39,945 nucleotides of DNA from a virus: positions 1 to 39,945 of the IMG/VR virus record IMGVR_UViG_3300047160_003852. One strand, 5' to 3'. The notes beneath the pieces were generated by a model. The model did no database searches, was not told the origin of the DNA, and worked only from the letters and a program-made list of their open reading frames with translations. The position numbers and the translations under genes are program-made. How positions within the stretch are numbered: the first letter of the stretch is position 1; each line of letters opens with the position of its first letter. Shown piece by piece: positions 23,939-32,675 of this stretch.

Positions 23939-25104
23939 CCGTGCATTCCTCCCTGTGACGTGGGATGCGCCCCCGAGATGCTGCCATCGTCCGGCCCGAA
24001 TCCTATGCTATTGATATTAATACTGCTCCCTGAGGTAACTGCACCGCCAATGAGATTTGTCGGTGAAACGCTATCGGTATGAGTCGAATCAACCACGATT
24101 CCGCTGGTCCCGGACCAACTCACTGTCATATTTCCTGCAACGCCGCCATTCTGAAAAACAGCGGTAGCACTCGTCGTGACATTAGACCATGTTACGCGCA
24201 GAAGTTTTGCCGTCAGCGCGTAGGACGCATATGCCTGGGCATCACTTTGAGCAGTCGTGTCGGACATGGAGCCGCCGAACGGGAAATAGGCCGGCGTACT
24301 GGCAAGAGTATTGGTTCCAGCCGCACTGCAAGTTCCATCCATCGCCGATGTCGCGCCGACAAATGAAAATGTCCAACTGCTCATATTTCCAGACGCATTG
24401 GTCGATGAAAACGCCACGCATAGGAGATCGCCCGCGGCGCAGCTATCGGTATGCGTGACATCCACGACCAAGCCGGTTGTTCCGCTGCCGGGACTGAGCG
24501 TGCTGTTGGCGGTACTCCCATTCTTGTTGAGATTAACGGTAATCGTGCCGGAACTTGAACCCGTAATGAAAATTGCGAATTGGGATACAGTTCCGGATTG
24601 CTCTATTCCCTGTTGACAGGCAAAATTGGGAGACAACTGCGGCGAGCCGCCACCATTGCCGCCCATCGCAGTCGTATAGCGCGGCGTGGTACTGAAATTC
24701 ATGCTTGGTGTGCCACTGCCAGCACCTGATCCCTGCAGCGTATAGGGCGTTACCGTATTCATCTGGACGTTGATATGCGTGACGCTCGCAAATCCGGTTG
24801 TGTAGGTGTAATCAACCAAATTCCCGGCAACGGCGGTATCACTATGCGTTGTATCTGTGATTCTGCCGGTCTGCCCGACGCAGACCTGATTTCCGTTCAC
24901 GGCATTAATGCGGAACGTCAATGTTCCGTTGACGAGACCACCAATAAATTCCGCTGATTGGTTTGAAAATGTCGCGCCAATCTTCATGGTGATCTGCTGG
25001 GCTAAAGACGGAGAACCCGTCCACTGGCCTCCGCCCACCACAGCCATGAAGCCGCTGCCAATGCCGTTCTGGTTCCCAGCAGAAATCAGCAGTTGATTGG
25101 TCAT
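23935..25104 (-). CDS. beta-rich protein with three internal domain repeats (389 aa; fibre/receptor-binding or decoration candidate)
   Basis: Recurring motif GRITDTTHSDTAVAGNLV / GLVVDVTHTDSCAAGDLL / GIVVDSTHTDSVSPTNLI, spaced about 120 aa apart. Confidence 0.55.
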   Translation of the reverse strand: MTNQLLISAGNQNGIGSGFMAVVGGGQWTGSPSLAQQITMKIGATFSNQSAEFIGGLVNGTLTFRINAVNGNQVCVGQTGRITDTTHSDTAVAGNLVDYTYTTGFASVTHINVQMNTVTPYTLQGSGAGSGTPSMNFSTTPRYTTAMGGNGGGSPQLSPNFACQQGIEQSGTVSQFAIFITGSSSGTITVNLNKNGSTANSTLSPGSGTTGLVVDVTHTDSCAAGDLLCVAFSSTNASGNMSSWTFSFVGATSAMDGTCSAAGTNTLASTPAYFPFGGSMSDTTAQSDAQAYASYALTAKLLRVTWSNVTTSATAVFQNGGVAGNMTVSWSGTSGIVVDSTHTDSVSPTNLIGGAVTSGSSININSIGFGPDDGSISGAHPTSQGGMHG

Positions 25105-25562
25105 TGCTTATGCTTGTCGCAGGTTCTGTCATGGGGATGGGTATGGGGATGCAACACGATGTCTTTTTCGCCCCGTTTATGATGATCGAATACAAAATGC
25201 TTGACGCACCCGCATTCCAGTTGGTTCCGGTTGCCATGGACCTGATCTATTCCCGTGAATCCGAAGTCCGTGTGATCGCGACCCTGCAGGAATTTTACTG
25301 CGGTATGGACATCGAAAACGTGCGTGATGCAATCGCGCCTATCCTGCTCTTTAGCAGTCAACATGCTATTGGGCGCAAGATCGGCAGGAATAGGAACGTC
25401 GAGATTATAACGCGCGTTGGCAAGGCGAATGAATGCCTGGCGCAAAAGTTCCAGATCGGCCTGGGCGCGGTCGGCCAGATCTGGATGCTTGTCCAGCACT
25501 TCCATCTGGAATTTCGCCGTAACCGGATAATCCTTTCCGTTGATCGTGATTTTGCCGGTCAT
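25101..25562 (-). CDS. hypothetical protein with His-rich C-terminus (153 aa)
   Basis: 4-nt overlaps. C-terminal HFVFDHHKRGEKDIVLHPHTHPHDRTCDKHKQ. Confidence 0.55.
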   Translation of the reverse strand: MTGKITINGKDYPVTAKFQMEVLDKHPDLADRAQADLELLRQAFIRLANARYNLDVPIPADLAPNSMLTAKEQDRRDCITHVFDVHTAVKFLQGRDHTDFGFTGIDQVHGNRNQLECGCVKHFVFDHHKRGEKDIVLHPHTHPHDRTCDKHKQ

Positions 25563-26983
25563 GTCTTGGTTACCTGGAGGGCTATAGTGCAGCGCTGGAT
25601 TGTTGCTGCGCTGTCCACATTGAAGGCCAGAATATCGCCAGCATTTACTGTCGTGGTCCAGCCCGAGAGCGTGGTATCGTTGGCCTTTGTCGCACTGGAA
25701 ATCGTCGGGGGGGCTGAAGCGGTAATCTTGTCGGCCGCGACTGGATGGGTGGCCCCAGCATCAAACTGCGCATAGGTGCATTTCCAGACATTGACGACGA
25801 TGGAGCCGGATTGGTCTGCCAATAGCGTCGATCCAGTGATGGTGCAGGCAAAATCGACGACCAGATAACCCTTGGTTCCGGTCGTGATAGCCGAGCCGCC
25901 ACCATCGATTACGTAATAGAGATCGGCGAGCTTGAGGTTTGCCTTGACGGTTGCTGCCAATGCCGAAGTGGTAACGTCGCCAGTTAATGCCCCCGTCGAA
26001 GCCGCGGTCAGCCTGCCCTGCTGGTCGACCGTAATCGTGCTGATGTTGTAGGTTCCAGGCGTTACCGCCGTATTGGGCAGATCCGTGGCAATCAGGCTGC
26101 GGAACGTGGGAGTTGCCGCGCCCCCGCTGGTCGGGCCGGCAAAGACGGTGTTGGCCGATTCATTTGCCAGGGTGACGGCCAGCGTGCCCGAGCCAGTTAT
26201 GGGCGAGCCAGATACCGACAAAATGGACGGAACGGTCATCCCGACGCTGGTGACAGTCCCGCCGCTGCCCGCGGCGGATAGCGTGCCGCCTGAGAAGGTC
26301 AGGCCCGAGCCCACTGTGACATTGGAGAATCCGCCACCCCCGTTGCCGGAAAGGATCGATGAACCGGAGGTCAGCGGTGCATAAGAAAGACTTGGGATAT
26401 CTGCGGCGACTAGTGATCGGAATGAGGGCTGGGCGGCCGCTCCGGTAGTTGGTCCGGCCCAGACAGTGTTGGCGTTCTCATTCGCCTTTGTAAGCGTCAA
26501 AGTGCCGGAATTGACGATGGGCGATCCCGAAACCGTGAACTCGGCCGGCGCGGCCAGGGCGACACTGGTCACTGTGCCAAGCCCGACGCCTCCGGAATTC
26601 ACAGCAAAATATCGTACAACCAGGAGCGTTGCCGTAACCTGAACCACCGAAACCGAATAAGCCGCATTGAGTACAAACGGCGCATTCGTCGCATATCCAT
26701 AGAAACTGGTGTTGTTGGGCGGATAAACGTTAATGCTCGCGAGCGTAATGTTGGTGATTTCGATCTCGTCACCATAAAGCAGCGGATCGCCGCGCCCCAT
26801 TCCCGGGCTGAGAATGACGCCGCCAGAGCCGGCGTTAACGATTTGCCGGGTAAGAGGAGCAAGGAGGGTAGCTGTTGCCTGGCTTGAGCCCGCCGCGGTC
26901 ACAAATGGAGCAATCTCCCCACAGATCGCATCGGCATGGAGGGGAGACGATCCAGTTCGCTGAATGTTGGCTTTTATGGCCAT
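25559..26983 (-). CDS. tail fibre protein with two copies of the GTVTSV...SGSPIxxSGTL...FRSL fibre repeat (474 aa)
   Basis: GTVTSVALAAPAEFTVSGSPIVNSGTLTLTKANENANTVWAGPTTGAAAQPSFRSLVAADIP and GTVTSVGMTVPSILSVSGSPITGSGTLAVTLANESANTVFAGPTSGGAATPTFRSLIATDLP are a repeat widely seen in phage tail fibres. Confidence 0.75.
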   Translation of the reverse strand: MAIKANIQRTGSSPLHADAICGEIAPFVTAAGSSQATATLLAPLTRQIVNAGSGGVILSPGMGRGDPLLYGDEIEITNITLASINVYPPNNTSFYGYATNAPFVLNAAYSVSVVQVTATLLVVRYFAVNSGGVGLGTVTSVALAAPAEFTVSGSPIVNSGTLTLTKANENANTVWAGPTTGAAAQPSFRSLVAADIPSLSYAPLTSGSSILSGNGGGGFSNVTVGSGLTFSGGTLSAAGSGGTVTSVGMTVPSILSVSGSPITGSGTLAVTLANESANTVFAGPTSGGAATPTFRSLIATDLPNTAVTPGTYNISTITVDQQGRLTAASTGALTGDVTTSALAATVKANLKLADLYYVIDGGGSAITTGTKGYLVVDFACTITGSTLLADQSGSIVVNVWKCTYAQFDAGATHPVAADKITASAPPTISSATKANDTTLSGWTTTVNAGDILAFNVDSAATIQRCTIALQVTKT

Positions 26984-26986
26984 GTA

Positions 26987-27274
26987 TCAGACATAACCGA
27001 CGAAATAACTGCCCGAGCCGCTTACGACATTGATCGCCAAGCCCGTTGAAAACCCGAGATCGAGCGAATAGCGCGTTCCAGCTGCCAGTGTGATCTGGCC
27101 GGTCAAATTCGTGCCCGTCGCGCCAGTTGGGTCCGTCCCATCAAAGACCTGAATGATTAGCGAAGTCGAGGCCGTGGCGAAGACATAGCCGCAGATCCCG
27201 AAGCCGGTCTTGACCAGTTTGCTCGCCGTCTGGGTTCCGCTGGACTGAAATGAGAGAAGATTACCTGTCGACAT
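26987..27274 (-). CDS. small beta-rich protein (95 aa)
   Basis: Compact ORF between two fibre-like genes. Gly/Thr/Ser-rich. Confidence 0.5.
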   Translation of the reverse strand: MSTGNLLSFQSSGTQTASKLVKTGFGICGYVFATASTSLIIQVFDGTDPTGATGTNLTGQITLAAGTRYSLDLGFSTGLAINVVSGSGSYFVGYV

Positions 27275-27283
27275 CTAGTCCCC

Positions 27284-28606
27284 TCAGGAATGAAGCAGGA
27301 TCAATTCCAGATCCTCGTCTTCGTCATCGTCTGTTGCGGTTTCTACACGGAATTCTTGGGGTTTAACAGGGGTGGGGAAAGCCAGTTCCCGGATTTCGGC
27401 CTCAATGCTGCGGGCATCTGCCAGCTTGGCAGCTTCCCGGTCATCTTCCTGCCGGCGCCGCTTACGTTCCTCTTTCTTAAGATTGCGAAGCTGCTTTTCG
27501 GTAAGGGGCAGGAAATGGCCGCCCTGGCTCGTCGAATCGGCGCCCTGTACCCCAACATTTCCGGTCTGGGTTTGGGCCTGAACGCCGGTCAAGGCGAATG
27601 CCTTATCGCCGCCTGCTATAACACCGACTGTGCCGGCCGAAGAAGTGGTCGAAACGCCTGTTAACCCCAAGGTGAGCAGTTGGGCCGTGCTAACGCTGCC
27701 GACTGCGGACGTGGCTGCAGTTCCGGTCAGGGGAGCGGTCAGAAGCTGGCCCGTTCCAATCGATCCCGCGGCCGAAGTGGCCTGCACGCCCGTCAGGGCA
27801 AGCGTAACACCGCCCCCGCCTGAAACCGTGTTGGTCCATATTCGCCGCGGCGGCCGGAACATCTCGAATGGCCGCTCGTAAAGCCGTTTTACTTCGCCAT
27901 AGGTGAGTTGGCTGCCCTGATAAAACCTTGCAAAATGGATCGCCCAACTTGTTGCGGATAAGTCGCCTGCAGTGTGATAAGTCGAATAAAAGAAGTTCGC
28001 GCTGCTCGTCGCATCCAGGTTGGCGCCAGCAGTCCCAGTCCCGAGGACAGTATTCACGTAATAAGTGGCTTGGTTTCCTGTCCCTGCATAGGTGAACACG
28101 AAATGATATGTCTGCCCGATGGTTAAGCCGACGAGCGGCGCGGGACTAAGCGTGAAGGCTGTCGTTCCACTCCAAAATACGAGATTGAACGTCCCGGAAG
28201 TTGCAGCCGCCTCGATGTCCCAGCCACCTGAGACGCCGCCGCCCTGTGCTGCTCCAAAATCAAATACGCGGGAGTATTGGGCGTCTGTCCCCAGGCATGT
28301 GAATAGTATTTCGATGCTGAAGGCCTGACTGCCATCGCAAAAAGCCGACCGGGCTGGCCAATACAAGGCAGAGCCCGTGGTGCTGGGGCGGACTGCTTTT
28401 CCAGGAGCGCCAGCCATTACCGCATTTATCTGTCCAGATGCGACAGTTCCGGGGATGCCGGAGATCATTTCTGGAATCTGGATTGGCGCCCCATAGTGCG
28501 CGGCGATGCAAGCCGTCACTTTTCGCCCGATTGGGTGCGAGCGGTCTATTGTCGAAGCATAAGCCGGTTGAAGGGCAAATTTCTTGCGAACGATGGGCCG
28601 TGGCAT
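27284..28606 (-). CDS. LamG/concanavalin-like domain protein with four LTG-type repeats and a highly charged C-terminal tail (440 aa)
   Basis: N-terminal ...FCDGSQAFSIEILFTCLGTDAQYSRVFDFG...FNLVFWSG...GQTYHFVFTYAGTGNQATYYVN fits the Laminin_G_3 pattern. Followed by LTGVQATSAAGSIG / LTGTAATSAVGSVS / LTGVSTTSSAGTVG / LTGVQAQTQTGNVG, then KKEERKRRRQEDDRE...DDDEDEDLELILLHS. Confidence 0.6.
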   Translation of the reverse strand: MPRPIVRKKFALQPAYASTIDRSHPIGRKVTACIAAHYGAPIQIPEMISGIPGTVASGQINAVMAGAPGKAVRPSTTGSALYWPARSAFCDGSQAFSIEILFTCLGTDAQYSRVFDFGAAQGGGVSGGWDIEAAATSGTFNLVFWSGTTAFTLSPAPLVGLTIGQTYHFVFTYAGTGNQATYYVNTVLGTGTAGANLDATSSANFFYSTYHTAGDLSATSWAIHFARFYQGSQLTYGEVKRLYERPFEMFRPPRRIWTNTVSGGGGVTLALTGVQATSAAGSIGTGQLLTAPLTGTAATSAVGSVSTAQLLTLGLTGVSTTSSAGTVGVIAGGDKAFALTGVQAQTQTGNVGVQGADSTSQGGHFLPLTEKQLRNLKKEERKRRRQEDDREAAKLADARSIEAEIRELAFPTPVKPQEFRVETATDDDEDEDLELILLHS

Positions 28607-29101
28607 TTAGGCCACCGTATATTTCAACTCGATATAGTAGATGTTCGTTACGCTTAACGTCATCCCTGAATTATTGACCATGGCGATTCCCCATTTGGGA
28701 GGAAGCACGCCGTTAAAACACGCTGCCACGGAGAATGCCTGACTGTTGATTGCCACGTTCTGGGTCGAATAGGGAATGACGCCCAGAAGCGGGAGATTCG
28801 GAGGCAGCGAGGTGATGTCCGGGAAGGTGACCGTTCCCTCTGTTCCATCGATGGCGGCTGCGCCTGTGCTGGAATAGGCTGTGCCTTCAATCAGTGAATA
28901 GGCATAGAGATAAATTGCCTTGTTCGCACCCGGGGCCGTATTGACCGCAGCAAGTTCGACCTGGACCAGCGCGTCGTCATATAGGTTAGTGGAATTGTCG
29001 ATTGCATTGGATTTCCAGCCGCCGGTGGCCGAGGACGTAAGATTAGCATTCGTCTTGGTGAACGCTGTTGCTGTTCCAAAGAATTCCGTAATTGTGGCCA
29101 T
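28607..29101 (-). CDS. beta-sandwich-like structural-module protein (164 aa)
   Basis: Abuts the LamG gene and has a 1-nt overlap upstream. Composition is typical of jelly-roll virion proteins. Confidence 0.5.
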   Translation of the reverse strand: MATITEFFGTATAFTKTNANLTSSATGGWKSNAIDNSTNLYDDALVQVELAAVNTAPGANKAIYLYAYSLIEGTAYSSTGAAAIDGTEGTVTFPDITSLPPNLPLLGVIPYSTQNVAINSQAFSVAACFNGVLPPKWGIAMVNNSGMTLSVTNIYYIELKYTVA

Positions 29102-29466
29102 CAGCTAACCCCTCCGGCCGTCCACGTGTTGGTCGTATCCATGAAGGAGCCATACCGCGACCAATTGTTCGTGGCATTTATCGTTGCCTGGAACGCCGTC
29201 CAGATCGCCTGAAGCCGGGCCTCGGCGGTCAGCAATGTATCACCCGCCTGCATGGCCGTTACGTCCACGAACTCCGTTACGGACCCATTTTGCAGTGCGG
29301 TATTATCCGCGGGCTGGGCATCTTTCCAGGCGCTGATCATGTTGGCCTGCTTGGCAGCGTAGAATGCCTGGCGTGTAGCGGGAACGTCCGCCCACATCAG
29401 ATAACGGAACATAAGCGGGCTTGTCCCGATCTGCTCCAGAACGATGACTCTCTTGGTAATCGCCAT
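29101..29466 (-). CDS. hypothetical structural-module protein (121 aa)
   Basis: Tight packing. Mixed alpha composition (…RQAFYAAKQANMISAWKDAQ…EARLQAIWTAFQATINATNNW). Confidence 0.5.
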   Translation of the reverse strand: MAITKRVIVLEQIGTSPLMFRYLMWADVPATRQAFYAAKQANMISAWKDAQPADNTALQNGSVTEFVDVTAMQAGDTLLTAEARLQAIWTAFQATINATNNWSRYGSFMDTTNTWTAGGVS

Positions 29467-29892
29467 TTATGCGATCCCCAGCAGGGCAGTCCCGGCCGCA
29501 TTGACCGGCATTGTGAGGGTAAGCGTGCCGGCGGTCACGGTCTGGGCGCCGAACGTGTGGCTGGAAACCGCGGCATTCGTCCGCGTGGAATCATAGATCA
29601 GCATGCAGTCGAAGGCCGTTGGGAGAGTCACGGCCGTATAGACGATGCTGGCCGATGGCGTCCAAACCGCAGTCGAACCGGAAAGGCTTGCCGCGTTGGC
29701 ATGGGTAACAGTCACGCCGCCGGCTGAATAGTTCGTGCCCGATACCTCACCCGTCGCGGAATAGGCCGTCGTTGAGGCGCCAATAGAAGCCGTAGTCAGA
29801 TACAAAGCTGCCTTGATGGTATCGCCGTTAGGCACGATAGCTGTCAGTGCATCCAATTTGGCCTGGTTGGTAAACGCCTGCGAGTTAGCCAA
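29467..29892 (-). CDS. beta-rich structural-module protein (141 aa)
   Basis: Abuts the downstream gene. Thr/Ala/Ser/Gly-rich. Confidence 0.5.
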   Translation of the reverse strand: MANSQAFTNQAKLDALTAIVPNGDTIKAALYLTTASIGASTTAYSATGEVSGTNYSAGGVTVTHANAASLSGSTAVWTPSASIVYTAVTLPTAFDCMLIYDSTRTNAAVSSHTFGAQTVTAGTLTLTMPVNAAGTALLGIA

Positions 29893-30082
29893 GGACGGCC
29901 TCCGTTGCCTGAATTTCCGTGCCTTTTTTCAGCACGATGTCAACCGAACGATGAACAAGTTCGTCGCCGTCATAATACTCAACCCAAGTCGTGTGTTCGT
30001 TTTCGTTATCGATAGTCCCCCGGGCACAGCGCAGCTTGTCGGCATCCATGAGGCCCTTGGTGGTATTCACGAACCTAGTCAT
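29885..30082 (-). CDS. small hypothetical protein (65 aa)
   Basis: 8-nt overlaps with the portal stop and the downstream start. Confidence 0.5.
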   Translation of the reverse strand: MTRFVNTTKGLMDADKLRCARGTIDNENEHTTWVEYYDGDELVHRSVDIVLKKGTEIQATEAVLG

Positions 30083-32675
30083 TCTTGAGCCCCTTCGCCA
30101 GCTCGGCCGGATTCTGCTTGATCCTGACCCCAGTTGGCTTGCCGGTCTTGGGATCGCGGACGATTTCCTTCTCGGACGTTACTGCTTTATGCAAATTCTG
30201 GATGCTCCGGGTATTCTGGGCATGGGCTTGAGCCAGATTATTAATGGCCTGCGCCGCGCCCTTGAGATGTGCCAAGATTTCGTCGGTTTTGTCGTGGGAC
30301 ACGGGCTTTTCCACTTCCTCGGCTTGAGCAATCGCCTGGGCTTCTTCCTGCTCGCCAGATGTGGCGCTGGCATTGATGCGGGCAACCTCAATGGCCTGCT
30401 CCTTGGCTATTTCGGCCTTCATCTTGGCGATATTGTATTGCGTAGTGCTCTCCATCTCGGCCAGCGCCTGCTTATGAATCCATTCATCGCGCTGTAAATC
30501 GGCCTTACGCTGGGCTTCTCGAGCCGATGCCTGGTCTTCTGTCTGTAGCTCTATGATCCGACGCTTGGCCTCAAGTTCGTTCTCTTGCGCGTCTTGCTGG
30601 GCTTGCAAAGTCTGCTTGGTCTGCTCAACTTGGGCGTCCAAAGCGGCCTTTTGCTGATCTAGCTGAAACTCTTGCTGCATCTTCTGGCTGTTGGCCTGCG
30701 CATCCGCCTGTATCTTCTGCTGATTTGCTTGCGCGTCAGCTTGGACCTTCATCACCTCGGGATTAGGCTTTGGCTGCGGATTGGCTGCTTCCTTCTCCTT
30801 CTTCTGGATATAGGAGGCAATCGAGGATTCGAGTTCCTTGCCTACTGGGAAAGCCCGCACTGCGAACTGTATAATCTGTCCCACCAGCGGAACAATGTCT
30901 GGGTCTTGGGCGCCAGCCTGCGTGGCCTGGTTCATTAGTTCGCTCATGCCCTTGACGAACTCAACCCGGTCAGCCTTTTCCTGCTGCTCGTCTGGTCTAA
31001 TAATCGAATCGGTCTCAATATCGATCCGAAAGCAGCGCATGGCGTTGTTGCGCATGAGCCCGAGAACATCCTCCCAGGTGGGAGCCTGCATCATGTCCTC
31101 GAACTGCTCCGGGGTGGTATTGGGCGGCAGCGGGGGCGGCTGCACTGCGCCGGCACCCATTGCCGCCATTTGCTTGGCTTGGACATAAGCCTGCTTTTCC
31201 TGGGCACTCAGAAGCCTAACCCCGGAAATCATCTTGATTGTGCCGTCGCTGAAGTGGTTGCAGATCACGTCGACCGTCAACCGGACAGTTTCACGGATGA
31301 AGCGCTGCACCTCTTGTTGATGGTCTGAGATCCGGTTCCCATGATATGCCGATTTGATGCCTTGTGCTTCGGCGGTCTCATTAGGATCTGAGACGCCGCG
31401 AACTACGTCTGATATGCCCGTGATCTCATCGAGGTCTTTCTTGACCTGATCCCTCGTCTCATAAGCCGCAAGAATGGCTTGGGCGATCATCTGAATATCC
31501 AGAAGGTCTATTACGCCTTTCAGCCCTCCTTTTTCGCCTGCTAGGACCGACCAATTGGCAACGGGTATGGTTTCGTTTTCTGTTCCCTCGTTGAACATGC
31601 GCTGGATGCCTTCGGCGGATGCGTCGTGCACACCCACGATCTTGAGGCACCGCGTCATCTGGGCAATGCGGTTGGTCAGTTCGTCCAATTGCGATGCCTG
31701 GTCCTGATATTCCTTATAGAGTGGGACCGGGATCAGGCTGTCATTGGCCAGATTGGCAAATAGCGGCCGCGGAGATGGGAAGAAATTGTCTAGCCTGAGC
31801 GGATCAGGCCTCAGATCGGCAATGTCCGGCCGTCCCATATTGAGCCAGACGGCAATCTTGCGGTTCTTGTCCCAGCATTCATAGACGACGGATTTCTGTA
31901 TGCCGTTATCGATCGTCTTACCGCTTGTGTCCTTCTGGACGTAATCCATTGGCCAGTTAGCGAGCATATCGCGGGCTTTCTGGGCACCATATTGCTTGAC
32001 GAGAGGCTTAAGGAACCTGTCCTTGAGCTCCCGTTTGGTCATATAGACCTTACGCCAGACCAGCCAGACTTCATCCCAAGTCCGGCAGATGTTATGGCCG
32101 TAATCTTCCCTGTGGATATAGTCGGCAACCACTTCCTCGTAAGCCAGAACTTCTGGTGCTAACTGCTCGTCCTCGTCATCGCCGCGGTCGGTGCTATTGG
32201 TTAACGGTCCACCGTCAGACTCGAAGTGGGGGACGTATCTGATCCAGTTGGTTCCTCGTCCAGGCAGCAGGTAGTCCAGCACACAGGCGCGCGATACTGC
32301 GGAAAAACGGTCGGTATCGCAGAAATAGCTTGCGCATCTTTCCATGACATCGGAAGCAACTCGCCCAATGGGATCAGCGTCCTTAAATCTCCGCTGGATG
32401 TCTGGCTTCGGGTTCCGGGAATAGAGGGCTGGGAGCAGGTTTTGGGTGTTCGACCACAGACTATTGAATCGCCGCTCCTTGCTTTCGACATCGCCATCCC
32501 CCCCTCTGTCGTCCTTGTACCGTTTCAGGATCGATTTGGCCTGGCGCGTCCATTTCTGGGTCTCACGTTCGTAGAGTTCTATTTCCTCGATGTAGCGGGC
32601 AGCCTTCCAGAGTTCCTGACTGTCCGGATCTTCGCCCTGGGATGCGGCGATATTGGTTAATGCATCGTCAGCCAT
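30075..32675 (-). CDS. portal protein with a ~250-aa C-terminal coiled-coil extension (866 aa)
   Basis: 1-nt overlap with TerL. N-terminal ...RRFNSLWSNTQNLLPALYSRNPKPDIQRRF... is a portal-like motif. The C-terminal Gln/Ala/Glu/Lys-rich helix includes the duplicated QADAQANQQKIQADAQANSQKMQ. Confidence 0.8.
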   Translation of the reverse strand: MADDALTNIAASQGEDPDSQELWKAARYIEEIELYERETQKWTRQAKSILKRYKDDRGGDGDVESKERRFNSLWSNTQNLLPALYSRNPKPDIQRRFKDADPIGRVASDVMERCASYFCDTDRFSAVSRACVLDYLLPGRGTNWIRYVPHFESDGGPLTNSTDRGDDEDEQLAPEVLAYEEVVADYIHREDYGHNICRTWDEVWLVWRKVYMTKRELKDRFLKPLVKQYGAQKARDMLANWPMDYVQKDTSGKTIDNGIQKSVVYECWDKNRKIAVWLNMGRPDIADLRPDPLRLDNFFPSPRPLFANLANDSLIPVPLYKEYQDQASQLDELTNRIAQMTRCLKIVGVHDASAEGIQRMFNEGTENETIPVANWSVLAGEKGGLKGVIDLLDIQMIAQAILAAYETRDQVKKDLDEITGISDVVRGVSDPNETAEAQGIKSAYHGNRISDHQQEVQRFIRETVRLTVDVICNHFSDGTIKMISGVRLLSAQEKQAYVQAKQMAAMGAGAVQPPPLPPNTTPEQFEDMMQAPTWEDVLGLMRNNAMRCFRIDIETDSIIRPDEQQEKADRVEFVKGMSELMNQATQAGAQDPDIVPLVGQIIQFAVRAFPVGKELESSIASYIQKKEKEAANPQPKPNPEVMKVQADAQANQQKIQADAQANSQKMQQEFQLDQQKAALDAQVEQTKQTLQAQQDAQENELEAKRRIIELQTEDQASAREAQRKADLQRDEWIHKQALAEMESTTQYNIAKMKAEIAKEQAIEVARINASATSGEQEEAQAIAQAEEVEKPVSHDKTDEILAHLKGAAQAINNLAQAHAQNTRSIQNLHKAVTSEKEIVRDPKTGKPTGVRIKQNPAELAKGLKND

